64,000 bases of DNA from Prorocentrum cordatum (taxonomy: Eukaryota), in contig CAUYUJ010000112.1 of the NCBI GenBank assembly GCA_963575745.1, positions 1 to 64,000 on the forward strand. Direction: 5' to 3'. Of this stretch, positions 25,985 through 38,995 are shown piece after piece. The position numbers were made by a program, and so were the translations under genes. Below the pieces are notes generated by a model, which saw only the letters and a program-made list of their open reading frames with translations, did no database searches and was not told the origin of the DNA. Every line of letters starts with the position of its first letter. Within the stretch, counting starts at the first letter, position 1.

Positions 25985-25985
<1 letters not shown>
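25850..25985 (+). CDS. Exon 4 of the RgpF-like gene (3' boundary uncertain)
   Basis: In-phase, GC3-rich stretch LRVLGSDELPELRGEQARSADAEGLDDFEELRRKRVPEP that runs into a (CT)n/(TA)n tract. Confidence 0.55.
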
Positions 25986-25988
<3 letters not shown>

Positions 25989-26056
<68 letters not shown>

Positions 26057-26215
26057 TCCCCTCTCTCCTCTCCTCTCTCCTCTCCTCTTTTCTTCTCCTG
26101 TCCTCTTCTCTCTCCTCTTCTCTTCTCCTCTCCTCTTCTCTCCTCTCCTCCTTTTCTCTCCTCTCCTATCCTCGCCTCTCTTCTCCGCTCGCTCTCTTCT
26201 TCTTGCTTTCTTACT
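25989..26215. repeat. (CT)n, (TA)n and (CTCTC)n microsatellites
   Basis: Directly visible. Confidence 0.95.
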
Positions 26216-27699
26216 CATAGTATGCTTATTGTTGTATTTCCTTCTTCTTCTTATGCAGAACATCTCATTATTCGTAGTTATGGTGAGTACTAATATTTGT
26301 GTTGTCATTTGTACTCTCATTATCATTATTACTAGTATCGCGCTCTTCCTTTCTCTTCTCCCTGCATGTTCCTCTGAATCATTGTTTTGGCGGTCCCTGA
26401 GGCCGAAGCGGGCCTCCAGAGGTGGGAAAGCATGCGGCGCAATTCCGCAGACATCCGACGGTTCAGGCATTCTCCGACGCGGGGAAGCCCTTGAAGTGGC
26501 CATTGACGTCCACAGCTCATCCACAGATGGCAGCAACCATGCCATGGACATCGACACGCTGATGGACGAGCACCAACTCGATCCCACAGCAATGGCCCAC
26601 TGCGTATCACACTGGCGCGCCAGACACCGACCAGGCACGGCGTGCGCTCTGGGATGGCACCTCGTCGACGCGCCAGGCAAATTATCAGACGCACGACGGC
26701 TCCTTCCTGCTCCGGAGGGTCGCAACCAAGGGGTACAAGGCCAAACCAGACTCCTAGTTGAAAGGCTGGACCCTTTTCAACGACAGCGCAAGGCACCGAT
26801 GGGCCTGCGACAGACACCCCGACGGCGGCCACGAGGTGCTGACCGACATCGACGACGGCCGCCCGAACATGCGACCACAACATTTCACAGACCACATGGC
26901 CAGTCCCTCACTGGCCGTCACGGCCACCGAGGATGGCTGGGGGCCCGACGTTCCGTGGCGAAAAATACCCACATTCAAGGACGCCCTGCCAGGCCGATGG
27001 GTTTGCACCGACGCGCACTGTGACTGCAACGCCTGCCCTACCTGTGCCCAGCACCTCTACTACAGCCAGGCTGGGCACCAGCATCGCCTCCTCTGCCCAT
27101 GGTGCACACAGGGACACAGCATGAGGTGGTCCACAGAGGAAAAAAAGGAAGGCACGCAGCAAACAACTGGCTTTGCTCCTTCGCCTCCGTCAACGAGAGC
27201 AACGCTTGCGGCTTCAATTGTCGCAGCACCGGAGCTGCCCTTGACGAGCACGGCCCGAGCAACCCAACCCAAACAAACTCTGACCATGGATGCGGACCGG
27301 GGGCTTTTGACAGCTGCGTAAGCAAAGGGCCGCTTTTTCCAACAATGCCACCCATCAGGGATGGCTTCAAGAAGCAGGGCCACCGTGGGGCGACGGCGGC
27401 GTCACCAGACAGCGCCACGAGCCCACTCGCAGGCAACTAAGCCAACACCAGGACTGTCACGCTCAGGGACGAGCCCGCCTGCGAGCCAGAGCGGCCACTC
27501 TTCAAAGCGGAAGGAGTGGTCATCTTCTCCCCCGACCGCGACATGCTTAGCAGCGCTGCGCTCGCCACCAGTCAGGCAAACCAGCCCTCGAGGTACGTTC
27601 TCTCGGGCTGCACCGAGTAACAAAGGAGAGCCCTGTCAGTGCAACAAGCCATGGAACTCCTCGTCAGAAGGGTCCAGACACAGAGCCAGATGATTCGAC

Positions 27700-30600
27700 G
27701 TCGAACTACTCTGGCGTGGAACCCCGTTGCATCCTCAGTCTATCGTCTTCGACGTCCTTTCAGGATACAGCGGCGGCATGGTCGCCTTCCGACTTGACGG
27801 CCATGCGGCTAGGGAAGTTCGCCACCCGCTGGCGAGGGGCAACATAGTTTATTCGAGACAAGGCAGGCCCCAGTGGTCCAGCTTGGCCGCGACCCGCAGA
27901 CCCACAGCCAAGTCGCGATCCAGGGGCCGACCTACGGCGCCCTCGGGGATCCAAGACAGACTGTGCCAGGGCCTCCGATGCTTGAGCTCTCGCGTCCTGA
28001 ACGATCGTCGCCAGTCGACGCAGGCGCGGCAAAGGAATCTGCTCAGCTCACTCCCAGACAACCAAGCCACCCGCCACCAGGCGTGGATCGCACCGCGAGC
28101 GGGACAGTCAACGCCGAAGCTGACGGCGAGCAGCAGTCACGACCCCAAGTGGTTTTGCGGCCGCGGAAAGACATGGGTGACAAGGGCGAGCTCGAAAGGC
28201 TCGACCGCGAGCTATCGCCGCCATGGCAAAGGCCTCCTGGGCCCGGGCGACGCGCTGCCCAGGGAGGGGGAACGCCCTCCGACTCGCTGTCGCCGTCGCC
28301 GAGAAGGGTTGCTCCACCCAACGCCCAGTGCGCTCGCAAAAAGTGAGCCCCAGAGAACGACGAGCCAAGGCATGCCAAGCGACAGCACGAACCAGCGCGA
28401 GACCCAAACGAGCGCCGACGGGCACCAGGGACAGCCTTGCTGGGCCTTTCCGGCCCAGAACTCGCAGCTGAACAGGCGTGGATCCAGAGGTCCGAGGCCC
28501 CGCCTGGGGCGCCGCCGTAGAGCGCGGCGCCACAGCTCTAGCACTGCGGGCCCAGCAAGCAGGAAGGTACTCCTACGCGCGACCATCCGCAGTGCGGATC
28601 TCCCAGCGAGTCGGAGTCGGCAAACCTCGGGGTCGCGACGTGCAGGGCCAGGGCGCCCGAAGAGAACCTCATCGCATCGCCCGGCGAGGCTCCGAGCTTC
28701 GCCGCGCGCGCAGGCGACGCCGGGCTCCCCGCGCAAGGGGTCGGCAGCCCGAGCGCCAGCTCTTGGGGGCCAGTGTACCTGGCGCGCCTGTAGGGCACCA
28801 GCCAAGGTCCCCTGGAGATCGGCCCCGACCACTCGGAGGTGGACTTCGACGACGGCAGCAAGGACATCGACATCGGCGAGGACGTCGAGGCGGCGGTGCA
28901 GGCCCCCGCCGGCGCGGCGCCGCGCGCGGGAGCGACCGCTCCCGAGCGCAGCTGCAAGCGCTGCCGCTCTTTTGCGTTCGCTTTCGCTTCCGCTTTTCCT
29001 GGCGGCGGCGCAGGCGACGGCGCCTGCCCCCGTCGCGCCGCCGCCCGCAGCCGCCGGGTCGCCGTTCCCTCGGTCCTTCCCCCGGCGGCCGACGGGTGCG
29101 TCGAGGCGCCGACCGCGCTCGCACTTTCGACAGGTGCATCTGCTCACCAGACATGGGAGCCTGACGACCAGCGCGGGGTCGCAGCCCACTGAGCAACCGC
29201 GTCCAGCGGGACGGGCGCGGAAGGGGGCGTTCATCGCAGAGTGCGCTCCGCGACCGCCAAACGCGGAGGGCAGCGTGCATCGCTGCGCAAGGAGCGCTGG
29301 CTGACGCGTCCAAGGACGACCCAACCGTCGCAGGCCTTCCCGCGACCGCGCGATTCACTGGTCCGAAACATACCTTTGCCCAAGATCAGCCAGGGTGAGA
29401 TGGGCCGTCCGCGGGATTGGGCGCTTGCCAATGTGCCCGGTCAGCTTGCCCCGCGCGCCAGCGCAGCATTCGCGCGTCCAGACGCAATGGCGCGTTCAAT
29501 GGTTAGCTGTTCGATTGCAACGACAAGCGCTGCTTTTTTTGAAGGACTTCTGGGGGCATCGCGGTGCGCGTGCGGCTCAGGACTGCGCGGGAGTGGCGGC
29601 GCTTGTCCCATTTGGTGGAACAACGACATGTCCTCGCTATCTTGGAAACTGATGCGTCCGTGCTCATCCTGAGGAGCGACGTTGCAGCGTCGCGCCCCTC
29701 AGGGGGCCGCAGCGGCCGCGTCGGGGACGGCTCTGGAGGGCATGAGATGTGCTCGAGAGCGTTCTTGGGCGTGCCGCCACCTCGGTTTGGCACGGGTATG
29801 TGTCTGAACCAGGAGACATGCCCAGACCCAGCTGTGGTGGCTCTCGGACGCCTCGGCTAGGTGCGTGTCTGTCTCAGGATTTTATGACGTGCCTGGACCT
29901 AGCTGCGGCGATTCTCGGAGGGCCGTCCAGGGGGGGCGGCCTTTGGCGACCTCGGCCAGCGCTCGGAGTCGCGATGCTTCTGCATCGAGCAATTCGCGAT
30001 TGAGCGGTTGTCGCGCAGTGGCGTTCGCGCCAAAATTGCCCATGCGCGCCCCCGAGTGCGCGTTGACCCCGCAACGCTGGGATAAGGCCTCTGGAGGCGC
30101 ACCTCCGAATTAGCTGGTCTAGTTCGGCGGCGACCAACGCGGAGTTGGTCACTCGGCCTATTCGAGCGCACATGCAATCGGTGCCGCCGTGCGCCTGGCG
30201 AAGACAGCTTCCTGTAATGTTCAATCGGCCGTCGCATCTACATGTGCGCGGCCGCCGACAGCTGCGGCGAGTTGCCCCCCCGCCACTTGCCACCCTGTCT
30301 AGGCAAGGGTACGGGTATGTTTCCCGCTCGAGGGCGACGAGCGGCACGTCTCCTCCCCATTATTGCTCTCGCCACCGCCGCCAGGCGGGCAACTGGGCGG
30401 AGAGGCCGCCGCCGAGCCCTCGCCGAAGGCATCTTCGCAGCGTCGGTATACATCAAATCGGGCGCCGACAACACAGCCTTGTTTCAACGTGTCTGGTGCG
30501 CGGCCAATTGGGTGGTAGACGTGCGTATGCGTGGGCGCCCAATGCGGCCTGAAGGACTCGGCTGTCCACGCTAGCGCCCTCGGCCTCGGGTGGACTGCCG

Positions 30601-33550
30601 CGGCGGGCTGCCCTAGCGCGGGCGTGCTTCTGCGGCCGAAATCGATCGGGACCGACGCGCCGCTGGCGCGAGGGGGATGCGCATCGAGTGCGCCCCACGC
30701 CAACCCCGCAGCGAAACAGCGCGTTGCAAACTTTGTCCTTCTGACCTTCTGCGTTGCCCCCACGCCGAGCGGCGCCTCGGCCTCGCTGTCTCCATCTACC
30801 TCGACTTCGCCAGGCATCCTGCAAGGATGCGGCGGCGCCCTGCCCGCCAGCCTGCCCGGCGATGGGCTGGGGTGAGCTGCCATCGCGCGGGCGCTGCGTC
30901 GAGCGCGCCCGCGCGATGCTGCCGGGGACGTCGGCGAGATCTTTGACCTTGCAAGGCGAGCGGCGCATGCTTTCCACGCAGGGCCCCGCGGCAGGCGCCC
31001 GCCGCAGGGCCAAGGAGAGACCTCGCGAAGCGCGGCGAGGAGCCGCATTTCAGGATGCATGCGCTGCGCCATTTGCGCATCCGGAGAACGGAACGGCCAA
31101 TGGAGCCACTATCGTTCTCGGCGAGCTACTGGGGCAATTCTGGGCCATCGGGAAGGGCCTGGCGCCCCGTCGGGGCCGCTGCGGCGTTTGCGGCGCCGGC
31201 CACCCTGCCGCGTGCGCGCAGACCAAGAGCACCCAGGCTGCGTCTAACGTCTTCGCCAAACGCCGCCGCGGCACCAGCCTGACAGGGCCCCCGCGAGTCT
31301 GGGTCAGCGACGGAACTCCTGCCGACCATCCATCTGATAACCCGATCGCCTCCCGACAGAACCAGCCGCGCTAACGCTTGCAAAGCGCGCGCGAGCCAGT
31401 GGCGGGCGCGATGCGAAGAGCGAGTGGATCAAAGCAGCTGGCAATTTCATCGCCATCTACCATCGCGCCCCGCGAAACAGGCACCCCTCGCGCCGCCCGG
31501 CCCCGACGGGGGCCGAGAAGCGAAGAGCAGGTGCCCCGCGGATGACGCGGGCGGCGCTGGCGCCAAGTCGCATTCCAGCGCTGCGCCCATCGCCGCCCCG
31601 ATCAACTCTGCATCGGATTACGCGCGCGGCTCCGACGAACGCGCCCCGTTGGAGCCAAACCAGCGCGCCATCCTGGCCAACGCCAGAGCCGCGCTCAAAC
31701 TCATGGCGGACACGGGCGGGCCCACCGTGGGCAGATGCCGAAGCGCGGGCTCCCACGCTGATGAAGCCCCTCCCGCAAGGAAGACTTCGAAGCGAAGTGC
31801 CGCCAGGGACTCCTCGAGCCGGCACCGGCCCGCGCGTTCGCCCTGACTGACGAGACTCGCATCCGTTTCGCTGGCGCCCGCCCCGTCGCCCAGGCTGGGG
31901 GCCCGATAGGGTGCGCCACTAACTAGGGAGGCTAGAATGCTTCACGATGGAGTTCTCCGCCTTGTCGCGCAAGCATTGAGGGCCGTGCAGGGCGCGGGTC
32001 GAATTCCCGAGCCTCTTCCTGCGCGTGCCGGACCTGTGCCCGCGGGAATGAAAAGGTGAGCTTCCGCTGATCGGCGGCCCCTTTCCGTTGTGTCCATCTG
32101 GATGTTTTTCGGGGATGCGCTGGCCTGCCGCAGCTTGGCCGCCTGGAGAGCTCTGGGCCCTTAGCCCCGGGGCCGCGCGCGCCGCCGTGGGAGACGTCTC
32201 GCAACCCCGGCGCCCCAGGTAAAGCGCGCGCGCCATCTCCAAGCCCCCCTGGCAGGGGCAGCGTTAGGCGTCGACGCGCTTCGATCACTTCGTCGCGGAC
32301 ATCTGCTTCAATCTGGCGCTGCGCGCCGTGCCCCGCCCGGCGCCGCCCAAGGCGGGCGGCATCTGTGCGACAACCGGAGGATATTCATCCGTGCCAGCGG
32401 AGCCTACTCCATACCTGGCCCGCGCCAACGGCCACCACCAAGGTAGCTTTCGCCCCCGACGACGTCGAACTCCGCGCGCGGGCCATGGGGCGGCGCTGGC
32501 GCGCGCTCTCCGCTCATTGACTTCAACGTGCGTTGACGACAGCGACTCCGCGGCCCCTGCCGCTGGGGGGTCCAGACGTCAGTCGACGAGGCCGTCCTCT
32601 TCGACGGGTTGTCTGGCCAGGAGATTCTCCCTGGCAGCGTGGTGGGCCGGGCCGCTGGCGATGAGTTCCACCGCCAGGTGGCCTCCCTTGCAGGCGCTGC
32701 AAGCTCACTTCCAGGTGAAACCTGCGGGGGGCTACATCAACGTCGCGCCTGTTGTCGACCGCGCCAAATTGAACCTCGAGACCGTCGCTGACGCCAGGGT
32801 TGGGCGGGCCGTCGCCGGGCTGCCACGTGTCGGACGCCCCTCCGAGGGCACTCAAGCGAGATCGCGTTGCGCAGGGTCCGTCGCGGCCAGCGCGTGCCCC
32901 GCCTGTGTCGACATTCAAGCGCCCATCCAGAGAGCCATAAAGCCGCGGGCCCTCCATGCTCTCGTCGCCCCTCGGCGCGCCGTCGAGATGGTTGCTATAT
33001 CGCAAAGGGAAGCCTCGCTCGGTCTTAGAAGGCAGGCGCGGAGAGGCACCAGTCTCGACGCCAAGCCCAAATTGCTGCGCGACCGCGCGCAACCTTCCAA
33101 GGAGGCCCAATGGGTAGAGCAGCCTGAGGTGCGACGTGCGACGACTGAGGCATCCCCATTGTCATGGAAACACTTGCCAGCAGGGGTGTCCACTTGCGTG
33201 CTCCGTGCTTCGCGCAGAACGTTATTCTTTCGACGCGTCGCGACCATCGGTCGCGACCTGGGGGCCGTCGCCGCTGTCCAGCAGGGTCGCGATTACTTCG
33301 CTGACGCGTGGTTTCTCCGTGCCAAATTCAAGGCCAACTGCCTGGCGCGGCAGGTCGGTCTCCTTGCCGGCTGCCTCTGCGGGGGCGACCGCGCCCAGCA
33401 AGGAAACGTCGGGGCCAGCATCTCGGCCGGCCTTCCCGCTGCGCAGATGGCACAACCAGGGAGAATGACATCGGGAGCGCTGGAAATGTACGTGCTGGGA
33501 ATCCGAGAGGACTGCGCTGAAAACCATGATCACCGAGCAGCAGTGTCGTG
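27700..33550 (+). pseudogene. Heavily decayed LINE (ORF1-like region, EN, RT and C-terminal remnants)
   Basis: Collinear remnants across frames: LSHLVEQRHVLAILET (EN LQET region, ~29610), PPGPDG (~31500), RAILAN...KLMA (RPI-L-N..K region, ~31670) and DAWFLRAKF...GCLCGGD (C-terminal motif, ~33300). Boundaries approximate. Confidence 0.55.
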
Positions 33551-35716
33551 ACCTGCCGCCGCATGCTAGACAACGCGGCCCGCTGGAGGAAGACTTCGAG
33601 CTCCTTGATCTCCAGGTCGCCCTCGCCGAGGACGGGCCCCCGCGGCCCATTCTGCGCCCGGCGCTGGAGGGCCCCGGCGGTGACCCCGACGCGGGATGCG
33701 CCGACGACTGGTTCCCGATGGGCCGACGCTGTCACCGATGGAGTCTGCCTCCGCCGGAGCACGCCCGCTTCTCGCCGACGGCCAAGGCTAGCCCTCTCGC
33801 AAGATGAAGCCCAACCCTCTCGCCACAGGCCAAGGCGAGAACGAGCCGCCAGGCTCGCCAGGCGGCCCCGACCATCTGGGCGATCCACCAGGGCCTGGCT
33901 ACATCGACGACCTCGACGATCCGTGCCCGGGCCCGATCGATTACCTTGACGGAGACGTGCTGGACCCGCTCGGGCTCGGCGTCTCCATGAGCGACGGCGC
34001 CAGCGCGACGAACGCAGCGACCGCGCCCCCCCGCGCGGTGCGTTCCAATCGTGCCCCCTCAGCGGCCAGGGCGAGGCGGCTCGCGATCCCCCCGCCCAGG
34101 CCACCGTCGCCAGCTCCCACCGCCATCAGGAAAGCTTATCCTGCCACAAGGGCACTGGGAGAAGTGAACGGCCAAACGCCGCCACCAGCACGGGGCACGG
34201 CGCTTCCAGCGTTCCGACCGCAGGCAAACCTTCGCGCGGTATTTCTCGGCGGTTACACGGCAACCTGACGGTGACCGCGAAGCGGGCCCCATCGCTAGCA
34301 TCAGCGCGCTGTGCCCAACCTTTTCGCCCAATGTCCCCAGCGCATCCATTGACAGTCAGCTCCGGCGCTTGACGGTTTCCACCGTGCACGAGCGGCCTGG
34401 GACGACTTGCAGCAGGCCTTCCAGCCTGCTGCCTCCCTAGGGGCGCCTCTCCAGGACAGTCTCCTTGCTGCTCAACGTGCGGCGCGCAAGTGCTAGCGCC
34501 CCTCCTCCCTGTGGGCATCGTGAACTGTTGGCCACGGTTCTGTTGCCATCTGGTTTGGGCCGCTGCGGGGGCTGCCCCAAAGCGGCGCCGCTACTGCCAG
34601 GGCGCCGCATCACGCATGCCGAAGTGTATGTACAGCCGGCATCTCTTTGTTTGCGGGCGTATAAAAGGGGAGAGTTTCGCCCTTCCTGCCCCGCCCGCTC
34701 CTACTTCCCAGTCGGGGCCCCCGCAGGCCCCGCCAGGGGAAGGGGGTAGTCTCCCCACCCCTGTTCGCACATCGGTGCGTCCCGCCACGTGAGGCTGGCG
34801 TGGAGGGCGCTCGCAGCCCTCGCGCCAGATCTCTCTCTCTCTCTTTTTCTCTTTCTCTCCTTTTTTCTTTTGTTTTGTTATCACTCTCTCTCTTTCTCTG
34901 TCTCTGGCTGTCTCTCTCTCTCTCTCTTTTTCTCTTGTTCTCTCTCTCTCTCTCTCTTTCTCCCTTCATGTTACCCCTGGCTATTTGTTTGGAAGCCTTT
35001 GGGGCCGACATGGGCCTCCAGAGGCGGAAAGGCTTGCGGCGCAAACTCACAGACATCCGGCGATTCGTTTTTTTGTCCGACTGCGGCTTCAGGGAGGCAT
35101 CGACCACTTCCGTGGGGGCAGTTTTTCGTCCCCGAACCCTTTCTTGAAGGCCCCGAGGCCCAACGCGGTCCCCGGGAGGCCGAGATGAAGGAAACAACCG
35201 CTTGGACTGAACACTTCAATCCGCTGGACATTTGTGAATTTGTGCTTGTGTTCGATCCAGGACGCTCCCCCAGACCTGCCATTTTTTATATACGGGCCCT
35301 CCTGCAGGTCCGTGCAGTTGTTTTGAAGGTCCCGTTGTTATTGTTTTTTTCATGACGTTAGCACGTCGGGGTTGTCATCGCCGCGCCGACAGGCCCCCGA
35401 CGACCCCTCCGAGGCTCCCGACGACAGCCTCGCCGGCGCTGCGCCCACAATCGGCGACGGCGCCGCACCGTGGGAGGCGGCCGACGACGAGCCGCTCGCT
35501 GGCGCCCCCGAGTGGGACGCGCCCCTTGTGGCCGGCGACGCGCCCGACGCGCCCGAAGACGAGGGGCCCGGGGACGAGGCGCTGCTAACGGCCGCGGACG
35601 GAGGAGGGAAGACGGATGGACGATGGAGGAGGGAGGAGGAGCATGTAGGATCGAGTCTCGATGGTCGAGTTTTTTAGTGAGTTTTCGATTGTGTCTGGGG
35701 GCCAGCTTCCTGAGAT

Positions 35717-36169
35717 CGGGGGCGGCTAAAGGGGGTGATGACTAGGGTGGGGTGGATATCATGGCCAGGGCCACGACATTCTTCCCAGGTCTACTGACTT
35801 TAAACGTAAATAGTGGTGGTAGCGTAGATGGGGGGGCCGGAGTCGGTGCAATAGTTTAGCACGTGCGGTTTGGACGCAACCATTGCGTGTGGATGCAATC
35901 GTGCATTCTTTCAAACGCAATCTTTTGCGCAATAGTTCATGCTCTTTGCAATAGTTCGCGCCCTCCAGCATTAGTTGGCGCAAGAGTTCGCACAAGCGAA
36001 ATATTGCACCTACCACCGCACCCCCATCGGCGTTGCCCCCATCGCTCCAGTCTAAAATGGCGCCTCTTCTTATTTGAAGTCGTCCCTTGGCCCTTTCTGG
36101 GCCGCCCACATGCCTCGGGCCATGACTTGCGAGCCCCCCTCTTGGACGCCTCCCTCTTGGATGCCCCCG
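35717..36169. mobile_element. MITE (TCGGGGGC...GCCCCCGA ends) carrying a nested ~260-bp TIR element at ~35798-36057
   Basis: The outer arms match the uninterrupted copy at 37747-37929. The inner piece has inverted ends GATGGGGG...GGTGCAATA / TATTGCACC...CCCCCATC. Confidence 0.6.
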
Positions 36170-36696
36170 ATGAGATCCGGTGTGTACCTACGGGAGGTTC
36201 GGCCACTTGCGTGCATGGACTTGCTGTCCTCCCTTCTCCTCCCTGCTCCCTCCCTCCCCTCTGCTGTCCTCCCTTCTCCTCCGTTGCCTTTCGTTGTATT
36301 GGGAAGGCTTTGCCCATGTAATTATGGCCCGCCGACCTTGTATGCGAGGAGGAGAGGCAGCAGATGAGCACCAGGGTCGGCCGGAGGTAATATACGACAG
36401 TCCCTGGGGTCCGAAAACGGTGGGGAGACTGGGAAAGCACAAGAAGAAGAGATAGCTTCGCCAGGGGGCATTGTGGAGCGACATCGGAGCAGAAATCCTC
36501 TAATGTGGTGGCGCCGGGAGCGTCTTGATATGGGTGCTCGGGTAAGTTGCGAAGCTGCGCCGACGTGTCAGAAGTAGCTGTCAAGGGGCGCTAGTGGAGG
36601 TTTCCTGGGTTGTGGTCGGGGGTCTCGAGTCGAGCCCCAGACCAAATGAGGGTGGTCCCCCGACGACGACGATGAAGATGAAGATGACGATGACGG

Positions 36697-36728
<32 letters not shown>

Positions 36729-37089
36729 CTCGCGAGCTCTCGTGGGGGCCTTGTGGGCCCAGTTGGCCTCTCTTGGGGGCCGAATAGGTCGTCTAGGGGC
36801 ATTCATAGGCCGTTTCGGGGCCCCCTGAGCCGCCTTGGGGCCATTTGGAGCGCTTCTTGGGCATCCTTCTCCTCCTCCTCCTCCTCCTCCTCCTCCTCTC
36901 CTTCCCCTCCTACTCCTCCTGCTTCTCCTCCTCCTCCTCCTCCTCCGTTGCGTTCGTTGTGTGTTCATTCAAATGGCTGGCGGAGCCATCGGGGATGCCC
37001 ACGCAACGCGTTCGGCCTTTCTCCCCTCTCCTGCCTGCCTTTTTCTTTGTCCTGCATCATGTGCTTTTCCCTTGATTTCGGCCTCCAGG

Positions 37090-37234
37090 GTTAAGTCGGG
37101 CCTGTCCCTCTACAGGAGGAATATTCAAAGATAGTCAAGCAATACAATTTTTTATAATTAGTGAGTATTTCCCGCTATGTTTAAATGAATTTCCCATCGA
37201 AAATCGGCCTGTAGGTGGACAGGCCCGACTTAAC
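37090..37234. mobile_element. MITE family GTTAAGTCGGGCC, copy 2
   Basis: Perfect TIR GTTAAGTCGGGCCTGTCC / GGACAGGCCCGACTTAAC with an AT-rich interior. Confidence 0.9.
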
Positions 37235-37746
37235 TCTAGGGCTGGCCTGGTCATCGGGCGCTGGGGCCATCAGGAATGACTCTGGGACGACAACCTGATC
37301 CCGGGAAAGGGAATGGGGGACCTCTGGCGCCGCGCATGAATGCAGATCAGATCTTGCCTGGCGACGGGGCCAGCCCCGGAGATCCGGGCGCTGCCATTTT
37401 TGTCACGCGTGGCGTTTTCGCCTGGTGCCGAACACGGCGGACGGCAACGGGGGTAAGAGGAGGAGAAGTAGTAGGAGGGGGAGGAGGAGGAGGAGGAGGA
37501 GGAGGAGGAGGAGGAGGAGGAGGAGGAGGAGGAGGAGGAGGAGGAGGAGACGGGGGGCAATAAGCGTGGGGGGATCGAGGATTGCAGGAAGGCGGCGCCA
37601 AAGTGGCCCCTGAACTGCCACCGCGGGCCCGACAGGTGCGCGAGCGGGGAAAGTTTCGTCGCCCACGCGTTTATGCCCCCTTCGCTACCTGACGAACCCC
37701 CGAGAGTCCCTGGGCCATCACATATCGATCCGGCCGGCCCGAAAAT

Positions 37747-37929
37747 CAGGGGTGGCCAAGAGAGGGGTGATGACGGCATCATGGCGTGGGCCATGATATT
37801 CCACAGCTTTCATGGCGCCTCTTCTTCTTTCCTTACTTCCCTGGCACCCCCCTTGGGCCGCGCACGTGCCGCCGGCCATGATGTTCGCCCCCCCCCCTCT
37901 GGGACGCCCCCCTCTTGGCCGCCCCCGAG
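37747..37929. mobile_element. MITE, uninterrupted relative of 35717-36169
   Basis: Ends TCAGGGGTGGCCAAGAG / CTCTTGGCCGCCCCCGA; shared interior GGCGCCTCTTCTT...GGCCATGA. Confidence 0.65.
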
Positions 37930-38660
37930 AAGAGGCAGCAGAAAGATTGAGGAGGAAGGGGGAGGGGGAGGGGGAGGGGAGGGGGGAGGGGGGAGGGGGA
38001 GGAGGGGGAGGGGAGGGAGGAGGAGGAGGAGGAGGAGGAGGAGGAGGGAGGAGGAGAGGAGGAGGAGGAGGAGGAGGAGGAGGAGGAGGAAGAGGAGGAG
38101 GGGGGTCCAGGGCTCTAGGCGTGCAGCGTCGGCTCTCGGGGCCCCCCCTCCTCCCCGGAGGAGGAAGGCCTCGCTGGGGCCCCGCCGAGGCTCGCCCTAC
38201 CGCAGCATCCCCCCCCCCCCTCGGGGGCCTGCCCCGCAAGAAAAGGTCCTTGGGAGGTCCTCCGCGAGGCCCCCCCCCCCTCGCGCGGCCCCCTCGCGAG
38301 GCCCCCTCGCGAAGCCCTCCCCAAAGGCCCCCCCCGAGGCCCCCCCCGAGGTCCTCCGGAGGTCTCCCGAGGCCTGCCGAGGTCCGCCGAGGTCCCCGGA
38401 GGTCCCCGGAGGCCTTCCGAAGCCCTGCGGGGGGTCTGCCGAAGTCCTCCGAGGTCCCCGGAGGCCCCCAGAGAGGTCCCCCCCCTCTTTTTTCTGGCCT
38501 CGCGGCCAACCTGCAATGTGCCAGTTGGTTCCGGCTCCCCCACCTCTTGGGATGGTGGGCTGGTTGTTGAGCTCCCTCCAAACTGAGAGCCAGAAGCCAC
38601 GGGCACAGCATTACACACATGTTACGGCGTTGTGTGTGAATTACTGCTGCAGGCCTTACG

Positions 38661-38817
38661 GTTAAGTCGGGCCTTTCCCCCTACAGGAGGTGTTTTCTAC
38701 AAATAATCAAAACATAGTCTGGGGACCATGTTTTGATTATTTTTGAATCTGTTTAGGAAATTTTCCGGTTTTTTTTTCGTCGAAAATCCCCCTGTAGGGG
38801 GACAGGCCCGATTTAAC
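38661..38817. mobile_element. MITE family GTTAAGTCGGGCC, copy 3
   Basis: TIR GTTAAGTCGGGCCTTTCCCCCTACAGG / CCTGTAGGGGGACAGGCCCGATTTAAC. Confidence 0.9.
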
Positions 38818-38995
38818 TTTACGGATCAACTGCACCATAATTAACAGGAGGCGCTCCGAGGCCCCCCGCCCCTGGAGCCGCTCCGAGGCCCCCCCCCCAT
38901 GTGGGACGCCAGAAGCCCTCGTGAGATCCGGCGTGGCGGACACATCGCAAGATCGCGAACAGTCAGGCTCAGAGCCCCACGCGTAATTTCGGCCG

